DNA of 64,000 bases from Candidatus Amphirhobacter sp. (lineage in GTDB: Bacteria; Pseudomonadota; Gammaproteobacteria; Tethybacterales; Tethybacteraceae). Made by a program: the position numbers and the translations under genes. The stretch is taken from the NCBI GenBank assembly GCA_965222035.1, contig OZ244940.1:1775852-1839851 (forward strand), in the 5' to 3' direction. How positions within the stretch are numbered: the stretch's first letter is position 1; each line of letters starts with the position of its first letter. Shown piece after piece: positions 26,756-35,054 of this stretch. Below the pieces are notes generated by a model. That model searched no databases and was not told where the DNA came from. It saw only the letters and a list, made by a program, of their open reading frames with translations.

Positions 26756-28252
26756 CTAAGCGCCGTCAATCCTATCCATGCCCAAAGCCACGCTAAACTG
26801 CGCGGCTGGAATGACGCGCATGCCAGCGCCCAGCTGGGCGCTGTGCCCGTAACTGGCTTTGGAAGTGCAGTAGAGTTCCGGATTTGCTTTTTTCTTTTTA
26901 CTCCAGTTTCTTGCAAGCAACTGCATTCCACCTGAGACCTGCTCAAAGACCTTGTTGTCATCCTTCCATTTGATCTCAGCAAGCAGCTTGGGCCACCTAT
27001 CTTCGTTCAGGTAGCAAAGGTCTATTTCAAATGGTTGCGCCAATCTTTTGTATTCTAGATAACCGTATTCTTCAAAGGGCCTCTTCTTGTCAAATTGCGC
27101 TAGGGTCGCCGCCTCGACTCTGTTCCCTATGCCATGGCTGTCTTCCTTCACGCTCGCCTTAGCCAAGGAAGGCATCGAGCAGTTCTCTAGAATGAATTTG
27201 CAGTGCGTGTGCCGATGTTTCAGGAACTTCAAGTGCTGGTCAATCTTGCGAAAGCATTTGATGAAGTAGGCGCCCTCTAGAAAACTCAGGTATTTACGCA
27301 AGGTGAAGTCGTTGGTTTCCAACTCTTGTCTAGTTTGCTTCTCGCTGTATTGCGTGGCGTTGTTATTTACTAGCCGCTCGCCAAGGCGGCGGAGCAGATC
27401 CGAGCTGTTGACGCCAAACAAGAGCGGCAATTCATGCTCGACATAGAATGCAACAACGTTTTTCTGAGCACTAGCTCTCAGTTGTTCCCAAGATTTGCAT
27501 TCGCCGTTCTTGTACTCGTAAGCCAATGACGGAAAGGCTCCGAAGTTGATGTAATTGATGAATTCTTGGTTTAGTGCTTCTAGCTCCTCGGATGTCAGTT
27601 GCACATCGAGCATGGCATGGAACCCTTCCATCGGCAAGTTGGAGGGCCAAGCGTGTCTGAATTGCTTCAGGTACTCACAGAACAGAAGGGGTGGCAAGCG
27701 CATTTCGTCGATGCGTCCCAGCCCTGTTTCGCTGCGTTTTTTCTTCAGGATCCTTGCTGAAGATCCCGAGACCGCGCATCTGACAAAGGGTTGGCGATCG
27801 GCGATCACCTTCAAGTCATGTTCCCATTCATTGAAGAACTGGACTTCATCGATGATCAGCAACCAGTCTTGCTCTGGGTTTACGAGCTCCCGCTTGATCA
27901 ATCGTACGATGTCAAGGATGGCCATTCTTCTCAGCCTAGGTTCATCGCCGCTGACGAAGACGATTTGCTTGGGATTGTATTGGCCTGTCGCGATGGCGCT
28001 CCCTATTATCTGCATGAGCATGTGAGTTTTGCCCGTGCGCCGCAAGCCAATGAGAGCGACCACCTGGTCCTTGCGTCCTTGCAGTACTCTCTGCTCGAGA
28101 ATGGGGTAATACAGCCGATGCGGATCCCTGTGCTCCGGTGGCGGATTGCCATCAATCCACCAAGGATTGAGTTCCGTTTTTAGGACACTGACCATTTCTT
28201 CATGCATAAAAATATATTTCCCGTCATATTTTTTGACATTTGATTTTATCAT
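26756..28252 (-). CDS. AAA+ ATPase of the COG1373 / DUF4143 type with C-terminal D...ExK nuclease-like motif (paralog 1)
   Basis: Walker A GLRRTGKTH, Walker B LLIIDEVQ, and C-terminal FEIDLCYL...LAEIKW. The gene is AT-rich. The start at MIKSNV (28252) was chosen by homology of its start context with paralogs; MHEEM at 28207 is the alternative. Confidence 0.75.
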   Translation of the reverse strand: MIKSNVKKYDGKYIFMHEEMVSVLKTELNPWWIDGNPPPEHRDPHRLYYPILEQRVLQGRKDQVVALIGLRRTGKTHMLMQIIGSAIATGQYNPKQIVFVSGDEPRLRRMAILDIVRLIKRELVNPEQDWLLIIDEVQFFNEWEHDLKVIADRQPFVRCAVSGSSARILKKKRSETGLGRIDEMRLPPLLFCEYLKQFRHAWPSNLPMEGFHAMLDVQLTSEELEALNQEFINYINFGAFPSLAYEYKNGECKSWEQLRASAQKNVVAFYVEHELPLLFGVNSSDLLRRLGERLVNNNATQYSEKQTRQELETNDFTLRKYLSFLEGAYFIKCFRKIDQHLKFLKHRHTHCKFILENCSMPSLAKASVKEDSHGIGNRVEAATLAQFDKKRPFEEYGYLEYKRLAQPFEIDLCYLNEDRWPKLLAEIKWKDDNKVFEQVSGGMQLLARNWSKKKKANPELYCTSKASYGHSAQLGAGMRVIPAAQFSVALGMDRIDGA

Positions 28253-28584
28253 ATTGAAAACAAATAATAAAAACATGTATTGTATAAAAAATCCTATCAT
28301 CGCTAGATTTTTTGACATTTTAATATAAATATATGATAATATTGAATTATTCCATGTAGTAACTATTTGGCAGAGAATTGGGACTGTCGCTGCATTTAGA
28401 TCTGGCGGACCGCAGTATGCTAGATTGCTTCCCTATGTTGTTGCTGGCTGAGCGTCCCCGATTTCCCAGTGGAATACCGCTCTGCCCATCTCTTATGGGA
28501 TAAGAAACTGCAAGCTCTTGCAGCGGCGCTGGAGCAGTCAAGTTCGAATCATGCTACTTCTAATGCGTTCAGCCCCTAGGAAAA

Positions 28585-30042
28585 TCAGGACTGTTCATAG
28601 CCAATTCTTATCATGCCTAAGGCTGCGCTGAACTGCGCGGCTGGCAGAATGCGTATGCCTTCGGACAGCTTGGTGCCATCGCCGTAGCTGGTTCGGGAAG
28701 TGCAGTACAGCGCGGGCCTGACTGGATTCTCCTTGCTCCACTTCCGCATTAGACGTTCCATGTTGCCAGACGTTTGTTCAAATGCCCCGGCGCTATCTAG
28801 CCACTTTATCTCAGCTAGAAACTTGGGCCAGCCGTTCGTACCGAGATGGCAAAGATCTATCTCAAACGGCGGCACTGCTCTACCATGCTCAATGTAACCA
28901 TAGTCCTCGAAGAAAGATTTTTCGCTAAACTGAGATAAGGCGGCTGCCTTAACTCGCTTGCCCATGTCCAGGCTATCTGCATCCACAGCGTCCCCGACCA
29001 AGGATGGCATAGAGCAGTTTGCAAGAATGAACCTGCAGTGGGTGTGCCTATGCTTCAAGGTTTTTAGGTTCGGGTCAAACCTTCTGAAACACCTGATGAA
29101 GTAAGCTTCTTCGAGAAAACGCAGGTATCTTCTCAAAGTAATATCATTGGTCTGAAGTTTTTTCTTGATTTTTTGCTGGCCGTATTCCTGGGCATTGTTT
29201 TCAAGCAGCCAGCTTCCCAGGTCGTGTAGCAAGCCCGGGCTGCACGCGCCGAATAAACGAGACAGTCCGGGCTCGACATAGTGCTCAACAATATTCTTGT
29301 GCGCTTCCATCTTCAGCTCGTCCCAAGATGCGCACTGCTCGTCCTGGTATTCGTAGGCAAGCTGAGGAAAGGCGCCGAAATTAATGTAGTTGATGAATTC
29401 ACGGTTCAGTACCTTCAGCTCCTCGTCCGGCAGCCGCGCCTCGAGCATGGCTTGAACATCACTTGTTGGCAAGGCAGCAGGCCAAGCATTCCTGAATTGC
29501 TGCAGAAATTCGCAGAAAAGCAGAGGAGGAAGGTCCATCTCATAGATGCGTCCCAATCCGGTTTCGCTGCTCATGTTTTTCGCGATGGTCGCGGAAGAAC
29601 CCGAGGCCGCGCATCTGATGCGAGGCATGTGATCCGCGATTATCTTCAACTCCTGTCGCCAATTATCGAAGAATTGGACTTCATCGATGAGCAGCAGCCA
29701 GTCTTGCTTTGGGTTCACGATCTTTTGTTCGATCGCCTGTACGATTTCAGTGATGAGCATTTTTCTCAGCCCACCATAGTCGCCGCTGATGAAAACGATT
29801 TGCTGGGGAGCGTACTGGCCTGTCGCGATGGCGTCGCCCACCACCTGCTTGAGTATGTGCGTCTTGCCTGTGCGCCGCAGGCCCATAATGACGACAGCAC
29901 GGCCAACGCGTCCCTGCAGGATTCTCTTTTCGAGAATAGGGTAGTACATCCGATGGGGATGCGCATGTTCCGCTGGCGGCTTGGCATCGCTCCACCAAGG
30001 ATTAAGATAATCCTTCAGAAGCTGAACTGTTTCTTCCTTCAT
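28585..30042 (-). CDS. AAA+ ATPase of the COG1373 / DUF4143 type with C-terminal D...ExK motif (paralog 2)
   Basis: About 60% identical to paralog 1 by eye. It has GLRRTGKTH, LLLIDEVQ and FEIDLCHL...LAEIKW. Start at MKEETV (the listed ORF starts at the TTG at 30051). Confidence 0.75.
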   Translation of the reverse strand: MKEETVQLLKDYLNPWWSDAKPPAEHAHPHRMYYPILEKRILQGRVGRAVVIMGLRRTGKTHILKQVVGDAIATGQYAPQQIVFISGDYGGLRKMLITEIVQAIEQKIVNPKQDWLLLIDEVQFFDNWRQELKIIADHMPRIRCAASGSSATIAKNMSSETGLGRIYEMDLPPLLFCEFLQQFRNAWPAALPTSDVQAMLEARLPDEELKVLNREFINYINFGAFPQLAYEYQDEQCASWDELKMEAHKNIVEHYVEPGLSRLFGACSPGLLHDLGSWLLENNAQEYGQQKIKKKLQTNDITLRRYLRFLEEAYFIRCFRRFDPNLKTLKHRHTHCRFILANCSMPSLVGDAVDADSLDMGKRVKAAALSQFSEKSFFEDYGYIEHGRAVPPFEIDLCHLGTNGWPKFLAEIKWLDSAGAFEQTSGNMERLMRKWSKENPVRPALYCTSRTSYGDGTKLSEGIRILPAAQFSAALGMIRIGYEQS

Positions 30043-30154
30043 AAAAATCAATTATAATTTTTTACACAACATTCTATCATATTGATAAAAAAAGATAAAT
30101 AAATGTTATACAAAAAACCTTACTTTAATTATAATTTTTTATATAACACTATAT

Positions 30155-30177
30155 AATATTGAAAATACAAGATAAAT
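30155..30177. promoter_or_regulatory. Conserved AT-rich box upstream of COG1373 paralog 2
   Basis: AATATTGAAAATACAAGATAAAT lies about 113 nt upstream of the start. A near-identical box, GATATTGAAAATAAAAGATTAAAT, lies about 109 nt upstream of paralog 3 (50105-50128). Confidence 0.4.
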
Positions 30178-30350
30178 ATGTTTTATGCATAAAAATATAA
30201 CTTTATCTATGATTTTCGCATATAAGTTCTGAGATTGAGAGCACAAGCAAACCTTTATGCCGGCTATGGGGCGTAGCCAACTGGGCCGCGACACGTATTT
30301 CCCGTAGAATTACCGCCCCGCCCATCCCTCTGGGCCAAGGCAAAGCAGAT

Positions 30351-30803
30351 ATGGACCAAGCAAGCATCACCAAAGCCGCGCAGGAGCGCGCCGTCGCCGA
30401 AGGGCTGCCGTACGCCGGCTTGCTCACGCCGCAGGAGGCCGAGCAGATGCGCCAGGCCGACACTCAAGCCGTGATTGTCGACGTCCGCACCAAGGCTGAG
30501 CTCAACTATGTCGGGCGCATCCCCGACGCGGTCGAGATCGAGTGGCTCAGCTGGCCGGATGGCCAGATCAACGAGGGCTTCCTGGACCAGCTCAAGAGCG
30601 CCGGCGTCGGCGAGGAGCAGCCGGTGATGTTCATCTGCCGCTCCGGCGTGCGCTCGCACAACGCCGCCCTAGCCGCCCAGCAAGTCGGCTATCGCCAGGT
30701 CTTCAACGTCATCGAAGGCTTCGAAGGAGATCCGGACGACAATGGCCAGCGCAACCGTACCAACGGCTGGCGTTTTCACGGCCTGCCCTGGTTCCAATCC
30801 TAA
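30351..30803 (+). CDS. Rhodanese-like domain sulfurtransferase
   Basis: Active-site loop FICRSGVRSHNAA (CRxGxRS) in a 150-aa protein. Confidence 0.8.
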   Translation: MDQASITKAAQERAVAEGLPYAGLLTPQEAEQMRQADTQAVIVDVRTKAELNYVGRIPDAVEIEWLSWPDGQINEGFLDQLKSAGVGEEQPVMFICRSGVRSHNAALAAQQVGYRQVFNVIEGFEGDPDDNGQRNRTNGWRFHGLPWFQS

Positions 30804-30838
30804 GCCTATTTTCGGCTGCGTTCTCGCTTAAAATAGGC
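30804..30838. promoter_or_regulatory. Perfect 9-bp inverted repeat between the rhodanese gene and bioY
   Basis: GCCTATTTT, 17 nt, AAAATAGGC. It lies immediately after the rhodanese stop and 6 nt before the bioY ATG. Confidence 0.35.
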
Positions 30839-30843
30839 GTCTT

Positions 30844-31437
30844 ATGACTGCATCTACCCAAGCTCTCAATCTGAGCACGGCCCTGTGGCCGACTAAATCC
30901 GGGGTCCAGGCCTCCTGGCGCGCCACCATCCTGGCGGTGACCGGCTTCGTACTATTGACTGCCTCTGCCAAGCTGCAAATCCCGTTCTATCCCGTGCCCG
31001 TCACCCTGCAGACCTTCGTGCTGCTGGTACTGGGCATGGCCTATGGCCTGCGCCTGGCGACCGTAACCGCCACCAGCTACTATCTCGCCGGCATCGCTGG
31101 CGCCCCGGTGTTCGCGGCCGGTGCCGGCTGGGCCTATGCTGCGGGCCCGACCGGTGGCTATCTTGTCGGTTTTGTGCTCGCCATGGCGCTGATGGGCGCG
31201 TTCGGGGACCGCGGCTGGGGCCGCAAGTGGCACAGCATGCTCGTGCCGATGCTGCTGGGTACTGCGGTGATTTTCACCTGCGGCGTGTCCTGGCTCGCCT
31301 ACTTGATCGGCGTGGACAAGGCCATCGCCGGCGGACTGCTGCCGTTCCTGCCGGGCGAGGCGGCCAAGATCGTACTGGCCATGCTGCTGGTCCCGACTGT
31401 CTGGAAATACGCCAAGCCGGATTCCAGCTCGTCCTAG
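30844..31437 (+). CDS. bioY: Biotin transporter BioY
   Basis: LQIPFYPVPVTLQTFVLLVLG and GPTGGYLVGF are characteristic BioY segments. The protein is 197 aa and multi-TM. Confidence 0.8.
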   Translation: MTASTQALNLSTALWPTKSGVQASWRATILAVTGFVLLTASAKLQIPFYPVPVTLQTFVLLVLGMAYGLRLATVTATSYYLAGIAGAPVFAAGAGWAYAAGPTGGYLVGFVLAMALMGAFGDRGWGRKWHSMLVPMLLGTAVIFTCGVSWLAYLIGVDKAIAGGLLPFLPGEAAKIVLAMLLVPTVWKYAKPDSSSS

Positions 31438-31449
31438 GCCGTCGCGGCC

Positions 31450-32220
31450 GTGGAGCTGCTCGGCGACTGGCGCTTCGTACTCGCTGCTAGCCTAGCCTCT
31501 TTCATCATCGGCCTGTCGCGCGGCGGCTTCGCCGGCGGCATCGCCTTCGCAGGCGTATTGATCATGGCGCAGATGGTCGAGCCGACCCTCGCGGCGGCCT
31601 TCATCCTGCCGATCCTGTGCTTCATCGATCCCTTCGGCAATTACGTCTATCGCAAGGACATCCATTGGCCCAGCGCCAAGGTGCTGCTGCCCGGCGGGCT
31701 GGTTGGCATCGCCATCGGCGCCAGCGTGTTCTACCTGGTCGATGACAATGTGATCCGCATCCTGGTCGCGGGCCTGTCGCTGTACCTGGTCGTCGACCGC
31801 CTGCACGGCAGGTGGCGCGGCCAGGACGAGGCCTGGACCTATCCCAAGCCCATCGGCTTCGCGCTGGGCATCTTCGCCGGCATCTCGACCTTCATCATCC
31901 ACGCCGGCCACCCGCCGGTCAGCGCCTACCTGTTGCCGCAGCGGCTGCCGCGCTTGCTGTTCATCGGGACCTTCGCGCTGCTGTTCACCGTCTTCAACTA
32001 CGTCAAGCTGCTGCCCTACGCCTGGCTCGGGCTGCTGGACTGGTCGCTGCTCGGGGTCGGCGCGGTGTTCTTTCCCGTCGCCATCGCTGGCTTTTTCTGC
32101 GGCAAGGTACTCGCGCAGCGGATGTCCGACAAGGTGTTCTACTGGATTATGTATGCCTCGATTGTGGTGATGGGCCTCAAGATCGGCGTCGAGGGCGTAC
32201 TCAATATGCTGGCGGCGTAG
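31450..32220 (+). CDS. TauE/SafE (DUF81) family anion exporter membrane protein
   Basis: 256-aa protein with 7-8 TM segments and the internal duplication pattern typical of the family. GTG start. Confidence 0.65.
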   Translation: MELLGDWRFVLAASLASFIIGLSRGGFAGGIAFAGVLIMAQMVEPTLAAAFILPILCFIDPFGNYVYRKDIHWPSAKVLLPGGLVGIAIGASVFYLVDDNVIRILVAGLSLYLVVDRLHGRWRGQDEAWTYPKPIGFALGIFAGISTFIIHAGHPPVSAYLLPQRLPRLLFIGTFALLFTVFNYVKLLPYAWLGLLDWSLLGVGAVFFPVAIAGFFCGKVLAQRMSDKVFYWIMYASIVVMGLKIGVEGVLNMLAA

Positions 32221-32238
32221 CGGCGCCGCGCGCCGACC

Positions 32239-33324
32239 CTAGGAAGGCTTGACTTCCTGGACGTCTTCGGCGGTCTGCAGCCCGCTCTGGCGGTAGCCGA
32301 TCGCGATCTCGAACTCACGCAGGCGCTTGATGACCGATAGGAACTCGGTGACCGTGGTCCAGCTGCGGATGAAGTAGGAGAAGCTGTCGATGACCTTGTC
32401 AAAGGCGTTCGAGGCCTGGATGATCACGCCCAGGGTGATGGCGCCGAGGAACAAGCTCTCGGCCGTGGTGATGAACGGGATCAGCACGATGCTCTGCAGA
32501 TAGAAGATGCGCCAGAAATCGAAATAGCCGTAGTGCAGGAACAAGCGGAAGTAGTTGAAGCGGATGGGCACGAACAGCTCCCACATCGAGGGCACGCTGA
32601 CATGCTCCTTGCCGTCTTCGCCGTAGACCAGCTTCTTGCGGAAAGCGGCCTCCACCTTCTGGTTGTTGTACTCCAGCCCCGGCAGGCGGATGCCGACCAG
32701 GAAGGAAATCACCATGCCGCCCAGCGAGCACGCCAGCGCTAGCCAGACCAATGAGCCGGGGATGTTCTCGAGCCAGTCGATCTTGACATGCACCGACAGC
32801 GACCACAGGATGGTGATGAAAGCGATCACCTTGAGGAAGGATTCGAACAGCTCCAGGCCCAGACTCTCGACGATGCGCGCGAAGCGCTGGGTGTCCTCCT
32901 GGATGCGCTGGGACGAGCCCTCGATCTCTTTTTCGGTCTTGGCCCACAGCGGGATGTAGAAAAAGGTCATCGCCTGGCGCCAGCGGAAGACCCAGTGGCG
33001 CGAGAAAAAGGATGAGAAGACCGCGATGGTGATGTAGATGAAGGCCAGCTGGTAGAACTTGCGGATCGCCAGCCAGAACTCATCGAGCTTGCCGCGGCCC
33101 AGCTCCTCGGCCGCCGTCGCCGCTGCTGCATCATCGGCCTCGGCCGCCTCATCGACCGCGGTCTTGACCTCGGCCGCGCTCTGCAGCAGGTCGTAGAACT
33201 CCTTGTACCAGTCGTTGAGCTTGACCAGGATGTGGACCTGCGCGCTCACCGAAATCAGCAGGATTGCCAGGCCGCCCCAAGCCCACAGGGCCCAGGGACG
33301 CGAGAGAAAGAAAGAACGCAGCAT
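32239..33324 (-). CDS. SbmA/BacA-like peptide transporter
   Basis: Clear similarity to E. coli SbmA as remembered: FRWRQAM, SSQRIQEDTQRFA, PGLEYNNQKVEAAFRKKLVYGED, NYFRLFLHYGYF, SWTTVTEFLSVIKRLREFE. Start chosen at MLRSFF. Confidence 0.8.
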   Translation of the reverse strand: MLRSFFLSRPWALWAWGGLAILLISVSAQVHILVKLNDWYKEFYDLLQSAAEVKTAVDEAAEADDAAAATAAEELGRGKLDEFWLAIRKFYQLAFIYITIAVFSSFFSRHWVFRWRQAMTFFYIPLWAKTEKEIEGSSQRIQEDTQRFARIVESLGLELFESFLKVIAFITILWSLSVHVKIDWLENIPGSLVWLALACSLGGMVISFLVGIRLPGLEYNNQKVEAAFRKKLVYGEDGKEHVSVPSMWELFVPIRFNYFRLFLHYGYFDFWRIFYLQSIVLIPFITTAESLFLGAITLGVIIQASNAFDKVIDSFSYFIRSWTTVTEFLSVIKRLREFEIAIGYRQSGLQTAEDVQEVKPS

Positions 33325-33372
33325 CGCGACGGTTAAAATCAACAATTCTACTAGCAAACAACCCCGCAATCA

Positions 33373-34314
33373 ATGTCCTGCCGTCCGCTGGCCGCTGCCG
33401 CCTTGCTGCTGCTGCCGGCCGCAGCGAGCGCTGAGCCCGAGCTCAACGGCTTCGACCTCGAGGGCGCGAGCGTCCCAATCGAGGAAATCCTGCCCGGCGG
33501 CCCGCCGCGGGACGGCATCCCCGCCATCGACCAGCCGAGCTTCGAGACGCCCGAAGACGCCGACGCCTGGCTGCGCCCGGATGACTATGTGCTCGGCGTC
33601 GTGCGCGGCGAGATCCGGCGCGCCTATCCGCTGCGGATCCTCAACTGGCACGAAGTCGTCAACGACCGCTATGAGGATGAGGCGATCGTGGTGACCTACT
33701 GCCCGCTGTGCGGGACCGGCATCGTCTTCGCACTGCCCGAGCCGGAAGCCGGCGGCTTCGGGGTCTCGGGCCTGCTGTACAACTCCGATGTGCTGCTGTA
33801 CGACCGCAAGACCGAATCATTGTGGTCGCAGATCCTGGGCCGGGCGGTTGCCGGCAAGCGGCTGGGCGAGGAGCTTGTCGCGATCCCCGCGCGCCAGACC
33901 ACCTGGGAGCAGTGGCGCCGGCTGCATCCGACCACCGAGGTGCTCAGCCGCGCGACCGGCGCGCAGCGCAACTACAACCACGATCCCTATGCCGGCTATG
34001 CAGACAGCGACAGCGTGTTCTTCCCTTTGCGCCACCGCCCGCCCGCGGACGGCTTGCATCCGAAGGAAAGGGTGCTGGGCCTGGTGTTCGAGGGCGCGGC
34101 CAAGGCCTATCCCTTCAGCCGCCTGGCGGCCTACAACCAGAGTCAGTTCCCCGATGCGATCGGCGGGGTTGACGTCGTCATCCACTGGGACACCACGTCC
34201 GGCATGGCCTGGGCGACCGATGCCGCCGGTACTGAGCTAGCGTCCGTCGATGGCTATTGGTTCGCCTGGCACGCGTTCCATCCAGGCACTGAGGTTTTCG
34301 CCCTGCCCGATTAG
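33373..34314 (+). CDS. DUF3179 domain protein (secreted)
   Basis: Signal peptide, PAIDQP, and the VVTYCPLCGTG motif characteristic of DUF3179. Confidence 0.65.
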   Translation: MSCRPLAAAALLLLPAAASAEPELNGFDLEGASVPIEEILPGGPPRDGIPAIDQPSFETPEDADAWLRPDDYVLGVVRGEIRRAYPLRILNWHEVVNDRYEDEAIVVTYCPLCGTGIVFALPEPEAGGFGVSGLLYNSDVLLYDRKTESLWSQILGRAVAGKRLGEELVAIPARQTTWEQWRRLHPTTEVLSRATGAQRNYNHDPYAGYADSDSVFFPLRHRPPADGLHPKERVLGLVFEGAAKAYPFSRLAAYNQSQFPDAIGGVDVVIHWDTTSGMAWATDAAGTELASVDGYWFAWHAFHPGTEVFALPD

Positions 34315-35054
34315 TGGGCCAGGCCGGTGATCATCGAGACGATCTCACCCTTGTCAACCTGCTTGGCGTCCCGCACGCCGATTTGCTGGCCGCGGCGCAG
34401 CACGCAGATGCGGTCCGCCAGGCGGAAGACCTGGTCGAGATTGTGGCTGATCATCAAGATGGCGATGTCGCGCCGCTTCAGGCCCAGCACCAGCTGCTCG
34501 ACCTTGGCGGTCTCGGCGACCCCAAGCGCGGCGGTGGGCTCGTCGAGCAGGATCAGCCTGCTCGCCCAGTGGGTGGCGCGGGCGATGGCGACGCCCTGGC
34601 GCTGCCCGCCGGACAGGTCGCGCACCGTCGCTTTCGCCGAGGGTATGCGCACGTCCAATTCGCGCACCAGCCGCTCGGTCGCTTCGATCATGGCGCTGCG
34701 GTCCAGCCGGCGCAGCGGCCCGCGGACCAGCTCGCGGCCCAAGAACATGTTCATGTAGACCGGCTGCTGGTTCGCGAGCGCCAGGTCCTGGTAGACCACT
34801 TCGATGCCTTCGCGCCGCGCTTCGCTGGCGTCGGCGAACTTGCATTCCGCATCGCCCAGCTTGATGGTCCCGGCGTCCGGACTGTGGACTCCCGAGATGA
34901 TCTTGATCAAAGTCGACTTGCCCGCGCCGTTGTCGCCCACTAGCGTGACAATCTCGCCGGCCGCGATCTCCAAGGAGAAGTCCTCGATGGCGACCACGCC
35001 GCCGAAGGTCTTGCGGATGCCGCGCAGGGACAGCTGCGCGCCGGCGGCCGTCAT
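34311..35054 (-). CDS. Sugar ABC transporter ATP-binding protein (single NBD)
   Basis: Walker A GDNGAGKST, signature LSGGQRQGV, Walker B LILLDEPTAAL. Confidence 0.85.
   Translation of the reverse strand: MTAAGAQLSLRGIRKTFGGVVAIEDFSLEIAAGEIVTLVGDNGAGKSTLIKIISGVHSPDAGTIKLGDAECKFADASEARREGIEVVYQDLALANQQPVYMNMFLGRELVRGPLRRLDRSAMIEATERLVRELDVRIPSAKATVRDLSGGQRQGVAIARATHWASRLILLDEPTAALGVAETAKVEQLVLGLKRRDIAILMISHNLDQVFRLADRICVLRRGQQIGVRDAKQVDKGEIVSMITGLAH

Noticed and set aside
28347-28541. 64-aa ORF in the spacer between the two tandem COG1373 genes, and the possibility of a small RNA there.
   Set aside because: The ORF has no RBS and no recognisable features. The spacer has one short hairpin (CTGCAAG..CTTGCAG near 28508-28523) but nothing I can tie to a known RNA family. 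Without transcript data this is not supportable.
28208-30230. Repeated AT-rich ATATTGAAAA-type boxes considered as a possible CRISPR-like or other regular array.
   Set aside because: The copies are few and degenerate, irregularly spaced, and separated by a full-length gene. There is no repeat-spacer periodicity and no cas genes apart from the stand-alone Cas4-like nuclease 18 kb away.
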